Position numbers and translations under genes: made by a program | Assembly (NCBI GenBank): GCA_017649925.1 | Contig: JAGCFX010000056.1 | Location: 2,803 to 66,802, forward strand | Direction: 5' to 3' | Length of the DNA stretch: 64,000 nt | Source of the DNA: Paludibacteraceae bacterium | Lineage (GTDB): Bacteria > Bacteroidota > Bacteroidia > Bacteroidales > Paludibacteraceae | Part shown: positions 1-9,525 of the stretch, one piece after another | Numbering within the stretch: the first letter of the stretch is position 1 | Layout of the letters: the number at the start of each line of letters is the position of its first letter | The notes under the pieces: model-generated | Told to the model about the DNA's origin: nothing | The model's database searches: none | What the model saw: only the letters and a program-made list of their open reading frames with translations

Positions 1-837
1 ACGCACAAGGAATTGGATTTGTGTCGGCAGGAAGATGTGGAGCGTTTCTTCGAAACGGAGAGACCGGAGTATGTATTCCTGGCTGCAGCCAAAGTGGGTG
101 GAATAGTGGCAAATCAAAATGCGTTGGCGGATTTTATGTACGACAACATGATCCTGGAAATGAACGTCATTCATGCGGCGTGGAAGAACGGCGTGAAGAA
201 ACTGGAGTTCCTTGGTTCGAGTTGTATTTATCCGCGTATGGCACCGCAACCCATGAAAGAGAGTTGTCTGCTGACGGGCGAGTTGGAGAAGACAAACGAG
301 GCGTATGCGTTGGCGAAGATCAGCGGGTTGAAATACTGCGAGTTCTTGAACCGGCAATACGGCACGGATTATATCTCTGTGATGCCGACGAACTTATACG
401 GTCCGAATGACAACTATCATCCCGAGCATAGTCATGTGCTGCCGGCGTTGATACGTCGTTTTCACGAAGCCAAAGTGGAAGGCAAGAAGAGCGTGACCTG
501 TTGGGGAACGGGAAGTCCGCTGCGCGAGTTCTTATATGTCGATGACCTCGCGAACCTGTGCGTGTTTCTGATGAATAACTACTCGGGCAACGAGACGGTG
601 AATGCCGGAACAGGAAAGGAACTGACTATCAAGGCGCTGACGGAGTTGGTGGCAAAGGTAATAGGCTATGAAGGTGAGATTTTATGGGATACGACCAGGC
701 CGGATGGCACGCCAAGAAAACTATTGGACGTAAGTAAGGCAACGGCACTGGGATGGACGTATAAGACCGAATTAGAGGATGGGATACGGCTTGCGTACAA
801 AGACTTTTTGGAGAAGCCAATGCGTGCAGAACGATAA
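1..837 (+). CDS. fcl: GDP-L-fucose synthase (NAD-dependent epimerase/reductase); N-terminus lies upstream of the window
   Basis: The frame is open from nt 1. The translation ([26 protein letters not shown] catalytic YxxxK, NLYGPNDN) is colinear with the Fcl/WcaG family. Confidence 0.9.
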   Translation, partial: THKELDLCRQEDVERFFETERPEYVFLAAAKVGGIVANQNALADFMYDNMILEMNVIHAAWKNGVKKLEFLGSSCIYPRMAPQPMKESCLLTGELEKTNEAYALAKISGLKYCEFLNRQYGTDYISVMPTNLYGPNDNYHPEHSHVLPALIRRFHEAKVEGKKSVTCWGTGSPLREFLYVDDLANLCVFLMNNYSGNETVNAGTGKELTIKALTELVAKVIGYEGEILWDTTRPDGTPRKLLDVSKATALGWTYKTELEDGIRLAYKDFLEKPMRAER

Positions 838-1613
838 TGCAGGACTTTACGCTGGACATATATCGTGAGTTGTTGGAGACGCTGCAACGGAATGGTTATG
901 AGATAATCTCTTATGCGCAATATTTGAAGGAAGAGGGGAAAGAGAAATTTGTCATTTTGCGGCATGATGTAGATGCAAAGCCGGAGAATAGTTTGAAGAC
1001 CGCGCAGATAGAGCACTCGATAGGAGCGAAAGCAACATATTATTTCAGAGTAGGGAAAGAAAGTAACCGACCGGAAGTGATACGAGCCATTGTGAAGTTA
1101 GGACATGAGATAGGGTATCACTACGAGGATTTGAGTTTGTGCGGCGGAGACAAGGAAAAGGCGTGGAGTCATTTTAAGACGTGGCTGGAATATTTCCGGC
1201 AATACTATGCGGTAGAGACGATTTGTATGCACGGTGCGCCGACAAGTAAATGGGACGGAAAAGAGTTGTGGAAGTCCTATGACTACAAGGAACTGGGTGT
1301 AACAGGCGAGCCATATCTGGATACAGATTTTGCGGATGTGTTCTACTTGACGGACACAGGTCGTTGTTGGGACGGATACAAGATGTCGGTGCGCGACAAG
1401 ATACCGCAGTATCAGGACGAATGGAATGCCAAAGGATTAACATGGCACACGACTACGCAGTTAATAGAAGCCATAGAAACGGGTAGGCTGCCGAAGCATG
1501 TGATGCTGACCACACACCCGCAGCGATGGACAAACGATAAGGCAGCGTGGTGGAAGGAACTGCTGCTGCAAAACACGAAGAATATAATCAAACGGATGAT
1601 AGTTAGCCGATGA
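837..1613 (+). CDS. polysaccharide-deacetylase-like protein of EPS loci (function tentative)
   Basis: 258-aa ORF whose start overlaps the fcl stop. The block VILRHDVDAKPENSL...ATYYFR recalls deacetylase-like proteins found in Bacteroidetes polysaccharide loci. This is a family recollection, not a search result. Confidence 0.5.
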   Translation: MQDFTLDIYRELLETLQRNGYEIISYAQYLKEEGKEKFVILRHDVDAKPENSLKTAQIEHSIGAKATYYFRVGKESNRPEVIRAIVKLGHEIGYHYEDLSLCGGDKEKAWSHFKTWLEYFRQYYAVETICMHGAPTSKWDGKELWKSYDYKELGVTGEPYLDTDFADVFYLTDTGRCWDGYKMSVRDKIPQYQDEWNAKGLTWHTTTQLIEAIETGRLPKHVMLTTHPQRWTNDKAAWWKELLLQNTKNIIKRMIVSR

Positions 1614-2497
1614 GAAAACTGAAAAACATATTATGTCTGGCGGCAATAGGAGTGCTTCTCGCGTCGTGCGTTACGGCGCGGAAAGTGAACTATATGCAGA
1701 AGCCGGACAAATATATTCCGAGTTATACGGACACCTTGAGTTATGAGGATTATGAGTTGCGAATAGGAGACCGATTGTATGTGTTTGTTTATTCGCTAGA
1801 CGAAAAGATTACGCAAATGTACAATGCCGGCGGAACGAACGCATCGCAGATGCGTCAGAACGCAGGAAGTGTAGGCGGTTCGTATGACCTGTACACCTAT
1901 CTGATTGATGACGACGGATATATCGATTTTCCGACGGTAGGTAAGGTGTTTGTGAAAGGAATGACAACGCGTGACGTGAAGCATAAGTTGGAAGAAGAGT
2001 TGGGTAAGTTGCTGCACGAGTTGCCGGGGTACAGTACCATTTCCGTGGAAGTGAATATTGTGAACCGCACGTTCTCCATCATCGGCGTGCAGAGCGGACG
2101 ATATACAATCAACAAAGAGAAGATGACCATTTTCGAGGCGTTGGCGATGGCCGGTGACCTTGGAGAATTCAATAGTCGCAAGGAAATCAAGTTGGTGCGC
2201 GAGAAGAACGGCGTGACGACCATCAAAACATTTGACGCGCGTACGGAAGACCTTGTGAACTCGGAGTACTATTATATCGAGCCGAACGATATTCTGTATA
2301 TCCGTTATATTCCGGGTTATAGTTTCGGCATCAATTCCGCGTCCACAGCCTTAGGCGTGACGGCGGCAACGATATCGTTCGGCGTGTTTGTATATTCGAT
2401 CGTTCAGACGGGTATCAATCACGTGAACAAGTATAAAAAGGGCGGAGGCTCCACGTCAGGAAGCGGCTCTACTAGCGGGGAAGGAGGTAGCAAATGA
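1610..2497 (+). CDS. polysaccharide export outer-membrane protein (Wza/BexD/CtrA type), copy 1
   Basis: Lipoprotein-type N-terminus (VLLASC). Export-domain block YELRIGDRLYVFVYS and SLBB-like block GRYTINKEKMTIFEALAMAGDL. C-terminal TM segment plus a G/S-rich tail. 4-nt overlap with the previous gene. Confidence 0.8.
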   Translation: MRKLKNILCLAAIGVLLASCVTARKVNYMQKPDKYIPSYTDTLSYEDYELRIGDRLYVFVYSLDEKITQMYNAGGTNASQMRQNAGSVGGSYDLYTYLIDDDGYIDFPTVGKVFVKGMTTRDVKHKLEEELGKLLHELPGYSTISVEVNIVNRTFSIIGVQSGRYTINKEKMTIFEALAMAGDLGEFNSRKEIKLVREKNGVTTIKTFDARTEDLVNSEYYYIEPNDILYIRYIPGYSFGINSASTALGVTAATISFGVFVYSIVQTGINHVNKYKKGGGSTSGSGSTSGEGGSK

Positions 2498-3261
2498 AAA
2501 CGATTAGAATGATAGTTTTCGGCGCCCTCGCCGTATTGATGTCGAGTTGCTATAGCCACCGCGTGATCGGTTATCTGCAAGAGCCGACAAAGGCCAATAA
2601 GTTGCCTGTTTACGACAGCGCAGCGTATGAGCCATATCGTATTCGCGTGAACGATGAGATTATCTACCGCCTGATAACGCTTGACGAGACGATGTCGAAG
2701 ATGCTAGGCGCGAATAACAATGTCGGAACACAATATGCGAACTCCTATCGCGTCTATCCGGACGGAACAATTGATATTCCGTTCCTCAAACCGCTGCATG
2801 TGGCAGGTCTGACAGAGGCAGAGGCGCAGGATTCGCTGCGTGAGGCGTTCCGCGAGATTATTCCTGACGCAGATGTGAAGTTGGCGCTGTATAACAAGTA
2901 TTTCTCGGTTATCGGCGATGCGAAAGCAGGGCAGTACTTCATTTACAAGGAGAAGATGAATATCTTCCAAGCTTTGGCGATGACGGGTGATGTGATGAAC
3001 AGCGGTGACAGACGTCATATCCGTATTATCCGCCCGCGTGACGGCGGACAAGAACCGGAAGTGCTGGAGTTTGATATCCGTACGAACAGTATTATTGATT
3101 CCAAATATTACTACATCTATCCGAACGACGTCATCTACGTGGCGCGTACTCGGGACAGTTTCTACAAAGTGCCGTCCTACACGGGCTTCTTAGGACTGAT
3201 AACGAGTAGCGTGGCGCTGTTGACGACTGTTTTGAATTATGTGGCTTACCTTTATAAATAA
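2494..3261 (+). CDS. polysaccharide export outer-membrane protein (Wza/BexD/CtrA type), copy 2
   Basis: Paralogue of the previous gene (LMSSC lipobox, YRIRVNDEIIYRL, GQYFIYKEKMNIFQALAMTGDV). ATGA-type overlap with copy 1. Confidence 0.8.
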   Translation: MKTIRMIVFGALAVLMSSCYSHRVIGYLQEPTKANKLPVYDSAAYEPYRIRVNDEIIYRLITLDETMSKMLGANNNVGTQYANSYRVYPDGTIDIPFLKPLHVAGLTEAEAQDSLREAFREIIPDADVKLALYNKYFSVIGDAKAGQYFIYKEKMNIFQALAMTGDVMNSGDRRHIRIIRPRDGGQEPEVLEFDIRTNSIIDSKYYYIYPNDVIYVARTRDSFYKVPSYTGFLGLITSSVALLTTVLNYVAYLYK

Positions 3262-3266
3262 GGACT

Positions 3267-5903
3267 ATGAGTAACAATGCATATTATACTCCCGGCGGTA
3301 ACAATGCGTATTATCAACCGGGCGGAAACGGAAACTATTACGGAGGAAACGGTGCGTATTACGCCGGTGGTAATCAAGCGTATTACCAGCAAGACCCGTC
3401 GAACGGCGATGATGATGACTCCGGTTCGTCGAATTTTGATCCGATAGCGTGGTTCTTTACGTTCCTGCACTATTGGTATCTGTTTGTGATAGCAGTGGCT
3501 ATTGCTTTCGGTTTGGCGATGCTGAAGAACCGCCGTTGGATACCTACGTATTATTCGCAAGGTACGATAGTTATCAAAGAGAGCGGAACGTATGGCGGCT
3601 CGGCATCGGCGCTGATGAGCGGTTTTGGTGTGGACGCAGGTTACAAGAATGTGAACAACCAGATGATCATGCTCGGGTCGTATGACTTGATGAGCAGGGT
3701 AGTGGATTCATTGCCGATTCTCAACGTAGAGTATATCACGCAAGGCCGTTTTAAGACGCGTTATCTATACCGTCAGTCGCCTATCTCCGTGGAATATACA
3801 CGCCTGGCACCTGAAGCATACGGTCCGTTGTATCAAGTGACATTTGGTCCTGACGGGTTGTTGAGCTTGTCGATGGGCGGCGAAAGCGAGCCTTTTGCCA
3901 CTGCGCATTACGGCGAGCCGATTCATTGTTCACTCTTCGATATCACTATCTGGCCGACGGAGTTGATGCAATCGTCAGGAAAAGTATTCTTCCGTTTCCG
4001 TAGCCATGAGTCGCTGGTAGATGAGTTTATGGGCGGTTTGCAGTTGTCGTTCGTTACAGAAGGTTCGACAGTCTTGGCTTTAGCATTGGTGAGCGAGACG
4101 CCGGAACGTGACTGCGAGTTCCTGGATAAGTTAGCACAGATATACCTGCTGCAGAACTTGGAGCAGAAGAACGAGGTGGCTGAGAACTCCATCCGCTTCA
4201 TCAATGAGCAGTTGGAGAGCCTGCAGGCTTCGCTGCAAGTGAGTGAAGGCGCGATGACCGATTTCCGTCAGGAAAACAAGTTTGTGGACGTGAACTCCTA
4301 TGCCGGTCAGTTGATGGGATTGATCGCTTCGTATGACCAACAGTCGATGGAGCTGCGCCTGAAAGAGACGTATTTCGATTATCTGATCAAGTATATCCAC
4401 GATAACATTGAGAAGGACGCCGTTATCGCCCCGACAACGATGGGCGTGAATGAGCCGATTTTGATGGGATTGGTACAACAACTCAACGATTTGCGTATCC
4501 AACGAGGCGAGTTGACGGAGAAGAACGTCTATTACGCCAAGTATACGAAGGATATAGAGAATGTGAAGAAAGCAATAGAGGAAGTAGTTGTATCCATGCG
4601 GGCAAGTCTGGAGATAGAGAAGAAAGACTTGCAAAACCGCTACAGAGAAGTGGAGAAGTCCATCAAATCGCTGCCGGAGAAAGAGTTACAGATGGTGGCT
4701 ATCGAGCGTAACTACCGCATTGATGATAACTACTACACCTTCTTCTTACAGAAACGCGCGGAGGCAGAGATTCAGAAAGCATCCAACACGCCGGATAACA
4801 GCATCATGGATAAGGCGCGTACAACGGCTGTGATGAATGCGAAAGCCAAGTCGAAGACGACCTCCACTTATCTGCTGATCGGTTTCCTGATTCCGATGGC
4901 GTTGATTATACTGAGCGAGTTGCTGAATAATAAGATTCGCGCGCCAAAGGATGTTGTCAAATTGAAGACCTTCCGCCTTATCGGTACATTGCGCCACGCG
5001 CGCAACCAAAACCCGACGCTCGTCAAGGCTTCGCCGCGATCCAGTTATGCGGAGATGTTACGAGCCATACGAACGCGTATAGAGTTCGTACTGCGCCGTA
5101 AGGATAAGATGGTGATCTGTGTCACTTCTACAGAGTCCGGTGACGGTAAGACGTTCCTTTCTACGAACCTCGCGGCGCTGTATGCCATGACGGGAAAGAA
5201 GACATTGCTGATTGACCTTGACCTCCGTAAGCCGAATATCCACACCAAACTGGCATTGGAGGGTGGAGAAGGTATGTCTAACTACCTGATTGGTGACTGC
5301 GAGAGTGATGATATTCTGGATACCCATACTCCGTTTGGCTTTGACTTTATCCGTGCGGGTACCATTCCTCCTAACCCGGGCGAATTGGTGCATTCGGAGA
5401 AGTTGTCGAAACTGATTGAGTCGCTCAAGGAGAAATACGATTTCATCGTCATCGATACTTCTCCTATTGGTCTGGTTCCTGATGCGTATGCGCTGATTGA
5501 ACTGAGCGACATGTGCTTGTACGTCATCCGTTGTATGCAGACCAACCGTTCGTTCTGCAAGCAAACGTTGGAACAGATGATGGAAGTGGTGGATAGCCCG
5601 ATTAAGGTCCAACTTGTGCTGTCTGATATCCCGACGGAGGGACGTCACTCGTACGGCTCAGGCTATGGTTACGGCTATGGAGGTTACGGCGGTTATGGTT
5701 ACGGTCACTTCGGTTATGGTGGTTACGGCGGCTATGGTTACGGTTATGGCGAAGACAATGGTCACTCGAAGAAATACGGTAAGTTATATGGCAAGTTGTA
5801 CGAGCGGTTTATGAAAGACGACAAGGCGACGCGGGCATACCACTATTACCATCATGATGAGGACGATGAAGATGCCCAGAACAAGGATGATAACGAAGCA
5901 TAA
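3267..5903 (+). CDS. chain-length determinant / bacterial tyrosine autokinase (Wzc-like BY-kinase)
   Basis: Two TM segments flank a coiled-coil periplasmic region. Walker A is TSTESGDGKTF, Walker A' is LLIDLDLRKP and Walker B is DFIVIDTSP. A C-terminal Tyr cluster reads GYGYGYGGYGGYGYGHFGYGGYGGYGYGYG. Confidence 0.88.
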   Translation: MSNNAYYTPGGNNAYYQPGGNGNYYGGNGAYYAGGNQAYYQQDPSNGDDDDSGSSNFDPIAWFFTFLHYWYLFVIAVAIAFGLAMLKNRRWIPTYYSQGTIVIKESGTYGGSASALMSGFGVDAGYKNVNNQMIMLGSYDLMSRVVDSLPILNVEYITQGRFKTRYLYRQSPISVEYTRLAPEAYGPLYQVTFGPDGLLSLSMGGESEPFATAHYGEPIHCSLFDITIWPTELMQSSGKVFFRFRSHESLVDEFMGGLQLSFVTEGSTVLALALVSETPERDCEFLDKLAQIYLLQNLEQKNEVAENSIRFINEQLESLQASLQVSEGAMTDFRQENKFVDVNSYAGQLMGLIASYDQQSMELRLKETYFDYLIKYIHDNIEKDAVIAPTTMGVNEPILMGLVQQLNDLRIQRGELTEKNVYYAKYTKDIENVKKAIEEVVVSMRASLEIEKKDLQNRYREVEKSIKSLPEKELQMVAIERNYRIDDNYYTFFLQKRAEAEIQKASNTPDNSIMDKARTTAVMNAKAKSKTTSTYLLIGFLIPMALIILSELLNNKIRAPKDVVKLKTFRLIGTLRHARNQNPTLVKASPRSSYAEMLRAIRTRIEFVLRRKDKMVICVTSTESGDGKTFLSTNLAALYAMTGKKTLLIDLDLRKPNIHTKLALEGGEGMSNYLIGDCESDDILDTHTPFGFDFIRAGTIPPNPGELVHSEKLSKLIESLKEKYDFIVIDTSPIGLVPDAYALIELSDMCLYVIRCMQTNRSFCKQTLEQMMEVVDSPIKVQLVLSDIPTEGRHSYGSGYGYGYGGYGGYGYGHFGYGGYGGYGYGYGEDNGHSKKYGKLYGKLYERFMKDDKATRAYHYYHHDEDDEDAQNKDDNEA

Positions 5904-7379
5904 ATGAAAGCGTTTGATAATGACAAATATATCCGCATTCAATCGGAGCATATCCGCGAGCGTATAGCGCAGTTTGGCAACAAACTGTATCTTGAGTTAG
6001 GTGGAAAACTCTTCGATGACCTGCACGCGAGCCGTGTACTGCCGGGTTTTATGCCGGATAGTAAGTTACGCATGCTCTCGCAGTTGCGCGATGCGCTGGA
6101 GATAGTCATCGTTATCTCGGCGGAGGACATCGAGCGCAATAAAGTGCGGCAAGATCTGGGTATCACTTACGATGAAGATGTGCTGCGTTTGCGCGAAGAG
6201 TTCATGAGTCGCGGTTTTACCGTTTCATCGGTTGTTATCACTCATTATGCAGGTCAGCGCTCTGCCGATGCTTATCGTCAGCGACTGGAATGGCAAGGCA
6301 TCAAGGTCTATTACCATTATATCATTGAGGGCTATCCGCATAATGTGGAGTTGATTGCTTCGGAGGAAGGTTTTGGCCGCAATGACTACGTGGAGACCAC
6401 GCGTCCGCTGGTGATTGTTACTGCGCCAGGTCCGGGAAGCGGAAAGATGGCGGTATGCCTCAGTCAGTTGTACAACGAGCATGCTCGCGGAAAGGATGCC
6501 GGATATGCGAAGTTCGAGACTTTCCCCGTATGGAATCTGCCTCTCAAACATCCGCTGAACGTGGCATACGAAGCGGCTACGGCGGATATTCAGGATGTCA
6601 ATATGATTGATCCCTTCCATCTGGAAGCATACGGAGAGACGGCGGTTAACTACAACCGTGATGTGGAAATCTATCCGGTGTTGGAAGCGCTGTTTACGTC
6701 GATCTACGGAAAGAGTCCGTATAAGTCGCCGACGAACATGGGCGTTAACATGGTGGGGTTCTGCATCAGCGACGATGAAGCGGTACGTGAGGCGAGCAAA
6801 CAAGAGATCATACGCCGTTATTTCCATGCATTGTGTCGCCTGGCCAACGGAGCTTGCAATGATGCGGAGATTCAGAAACTGGCGTTGTTGCAAAAGCAAG
6901 TGGGTATCAACACGGCTTACCGCAAGACGGTGGTGGCTGCCCGTGAACGCAAGGAGCAGAGTGGAGGAGGACTGAAACCGTTTGTTCACGCTGCTGCATT
7001 GGAATTGCCGGACGGACGTATTATCACCGCTGAAGCCAGCGAACTGTTAGGTTCTTCGGCGGCGCTGCTGATTAATGTGATGAAAGAGTTGGCGAGTATT
7101 GATCATAGCGTCAAACTGATACCTCAGAACATGATTGAGCCTATCCAACATACGAAGATAGAGTATCTGCACGGTCGTAATCCGCGCTTACATACCGATG
7201 AGGTGCTGGTGGCATTATCCGTACTGTCACCGCATGATGAGAACTGCCGTCGTGCATTGGAGACATTGCCGTTACTAAAGGGTTGTCAGGCACATTCGAC
7301 GGTGATGCTGAAAGAAGTTGATTTAAGAACGTTTACCAAATTGGGGATTGACTTGACGTCTGACCCCAGTCGCAAATAG
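5904..7379 (+). CDS. DUF1846 (UPF0371) family protein
   Basis: 491 aa. The N-terminal block FDNDKYIRIQSEHIRERI...GGKLFDDLHASRVLPGF is typical of the DUF1846 family as I recall it. Confidence 0.75.
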   Translation: MKAFDNDKYIRIQSEHIRERIAQFGNKLYLELGGKLFDDLHASRVLPGFMPDSKLRMLSQLRDALEIVIVISAEDIERNKVRQDLGITYDEDVLRLREEFMSRGFTVSSVVITHYAGQRSADAYRQRLEWQGIKVYYHYIIEGYPHNVELIASEEGFGRNDYVETTRPLVIVTAPGPGSGKMAVCLSQLYNEHARGKDAGYAKFETFPVWNLPLKHPLNVAYEAATADIQDVNMIDPFHLEAYGETAVNYNRDVEIYPVLEALFTSIYGKSPYKSPTNMGVNMVGFCISDDEAVREASKQEIIRRYFHALCRLANGACNDAEIQKLALLQKQVGINTAYRKTVVAARERKEQSGGGLKPFVHAAALELPDGRIITAEASELLGSSAALLINVMKELASIDHSVKLIPQNMIEPIQHTKIEYLHGRNPRLHTDEVLVALSVLSPHDENCRRALETLPLLKGCQAHSTVMLKEVDLRTFTKLGIDLTSDPSRK

Positions 7380-7494
7380 GTAAGAGAAGGCGGGTGAGAA
7401 TCCCGGACAGACAGGCTACTGTGATTGCTTCGGCATAAGTCAGATCGCTTACCCTTTGCGTTTATTGAGAAGTCCTCCTGTAACAGGACGAACA
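7379..7494 (+). promoter_or_regulatory. cobalamin riboswitch-like leader (compact form) upstream of the TonB-dependent receptor
   Basis: GGTGAGAATCC (7393-7403), GCTACTGTG (7415-7423) and a B12-box-like AAGTCAGATCGCTTACC (7437-7453). Closing helix GGTAAG (7379-7384) pairs with CTTACC (7448-7453). A hairpin GTCCT/AGGAC (7472-7489) lies just before the ATG at 7495. Confidence 0.5.
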
Positions 7495-9525
7495 ATGACA
7501 AAAAGGATATATTGCATACTGTTTATTGCACTTTGTGCCGGCTCTGCATTCGCTCTCAGCGACGCGGAGTTAGATTCGTTATACAACCAATTCCAAATCT
7601 CGGAAGTGGAGGTAACAGCGCGGGCATTGACGAAAGATGTCATCGTACCGCAGACGCTTAAAGGCGCTGAACTTCAACGGCTTAATGCATTGTCTGTGGC
7701 GGATGCTTTGCGTTATTTCTCGGGTGTGCAACTCAAAGACTACGGCGGAGTCGGAGGTATCAAAACGATCAACGTGCGCTCTATGGGAAGCCAGCATACT
7801 GCGGTTTATTATAACGGAGTGCAACTTGGTAATGCGCAGAACGGACAAGTGGATTTGGGACGTTTCTCGCTGGATAACATGGAGGAAATCCAACTCTATA
7901 ACGGTCAGAAATCCGATATCTTCCAGTCTGCACGTGAGTTCGGCGCAGCAGGTAATGTATATCTGACTACCCGTAAACCTTATTTTAAAGCAGGCGAGCG
8001 TGCGCATGTGCGCGCACAAATGCGTTTCGGTTCCTTTGCGTTGGCCAATCCTAATGTGGGCGTGGATGTCAAATTGACGGACGGGCTCTCGTTGACCATG
8101 GATGCCGAGTACGTCTATTCGGATGGAAAATATCCGTTCCGTTATCGCCGCGTTCTGCCCAACGGCGAGACGGCCTACGACACTACGGCTATTCGGCAAA
8201 ACGGCGATGTGAATGCTGTACGCACGGAGTTGGGACTGCATCATTACTACCGCACAACGGGTTTCTGGCGTGTACATGCCTATAACTATTGGTCGGAACG
8301 CGGTGTGCCGGGCGCAATTGTGAATAATGTGTGGCGAAACGGCGAGCGCCTATGGGATAGAAATACCTTTGTTCAGGTGCAATGGCAAGACGAATGGTTT
8401 GACCGGTGGAGCACGCGTGTGCTGGCCAAATATGCGAATGACTATACGCATTATCTGAATTATGACGAGCGGTTGTTGCCGTCCAACAACGAATATCTGC
8501 AGCAGGAAGCATACTTGTCCTTTGCCAATAAGGTGCAGGTGTTCAATTGGTGGGATGTTTCGCTTGCGTATGACTATCAATACAATACGTTGGCGCGTGA
8601 GAACCTGTTGCTCCAAGCAGCGCCGGAACACTTCTATCGCCATTCTCATTGGCTCTCCGCCGCTACGGCATTTAATATCAAAGAATACTTGCGGATGCAA
8701 GCGTCAGTGCTGATGACTGCTGTTGACGACAATACACCGCGTGTGACGCCAGGAATGTTCGTCTCGCTGCGTCCGTATCCGGCTATTGATCTCAGTATCA
8801 ATGCGTTCTATAAGCAGAGTTATCGTTATCCGACATTCAATGATCTCTATTATACAGACCTCGGTAACGCGAATCTACGCCCGGAATTGGCGCGTCAGCA
8901 CTCCGTAGAGATTGCTTATAGGAAGGCCGAAAAAACATACGAAATCAACGCCTCTGCGTCGTATTACTACAATCGCGTGACGGATAAGATCATTGCCTAT
9001 CCAAAGGGACAGCAGTTCCGATGGACGATGCTCAATCTCGGCACGGTGAAGATTAACGGCGTAGATGCCAAGGCTGATGCGTCTGTGTACTTGCCGCTGC
9101 GATTTGTGCTCCGAACACGCCTTAACTATACTTTCCAAAAAGCCATTGATGTGACGAACGAAAATGACACTTATTATGGTCATCAAATCCCATATATTCC
9201 CAAGCATAGCGGCAGTGTGGTGGTTAGTCTGGACTGGGAAAGCAAACGCGGTGACCATTACGGTCTCAACTATTCGTTTATCTATGTCGGTGAACGATAT
9301 TGCCAACAGGAGAATACGATTTATAACTATGTGCAGCCATGGTATACACATGATCTCTCGCTTTATGGCGAGTGGGGTGTGCCTGCGTCTAAAAAGAACG
9401 ACCGCTTAGTATGGCTCAAAGCCAATCTGGAAATAAACAACTTGCTCGGACAGGACTACGAAGTAATCCAGAACTATCCGATGCCCAAACAAAACGTACG
9501 ATGTACCCTCGCTTGCAGATATTAA
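7495..9525 (+). CDS. btuB: TonB-dependent outer-membrane receptor, probable cobalamin transporter (BtuB type)
   Basis: Signal peptide MTKRIYCILFIALCAGSAFA, plug-domain block and a C-terminal beta-barrel ending in an aromatic residue. Context: the riboswitch-like leader upstream and BtuG/BtuF-like genes downstream. Confidence 0.8.
   Translation: MTKRIYCILFIALCAGSAFALSDAELDSLYNQFQISEVEVTARALTKDVIVPQTLKGAELQRLNALSVADALRYFSGVQLKDYGGVGGIKTINVRSMGSQHTAVYYNGVQLGNAQNGQVDLGRFSLDNMEEIQLYNGQKSDIFQSAREFGAAGNVYLTTRKPYFKAGERAHVRAQMRFGSFALANPNVGVDVKLTDGLSLTMDAEYVYSDGKYPFRYRRVLPNGETAYDTTAIRQNGDVNAVRTELGLHHYYRTTGFWRVHAYNYWSERGVPGAIVNNVWRNGERLWDRNTFVQVQWQDEWFDRWSTRVLAKYANDYTHYLNYDERLLPSNNEYLQQEAYLSFANKVQVFNWWDVSLAYDYQYNTLARENLLLQAAPEHFYRHSHWLSAATAFNIKEYLRMQASVLMTAVDDNTPRVTPGMFVSLRPYPAIDLSINAFYKQSYRYPTFNDLYYTDLGNANLRPELARQHSVEIAYRKAEKTYEINASASYYYNRVTDKIIAYPKGQQFRWTMLNLGTVKINGVDAKADASVYLPLRFVLRTRLNYTFQKAIDVTNENDTYYGHQIPYIPKHSGSVVVSLDWESKRGDHYGLNYSFIYVGERYCQQENTIYNYVQPWYTHDLSLYGEWGVPASKKNDRLVWLKANLEINNLLGQDYEVIQNYPMPKQNVRCTLACRY

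Noticed and set aside
5614-5814. Alternative-frame ORF (MVTAMEVTAV...) inside the BY-kinase tail, and ORF 3252-3560 antisense to its N-terminus.
   Set aside because: These are frame-shifted readings of the GGTTACGGC-type Tyr/Gly repeat. They are artefacts of the repeat periodicity.
9411-9500. Upstream extension of the BtuG-like ORF (MAQSQSGNKQ...).
   Set aside because: It lies inside the 3' end of the receptor gene and lacks a signal peptide. The ATG at 9501 gives a canonical signal plus lipobox.
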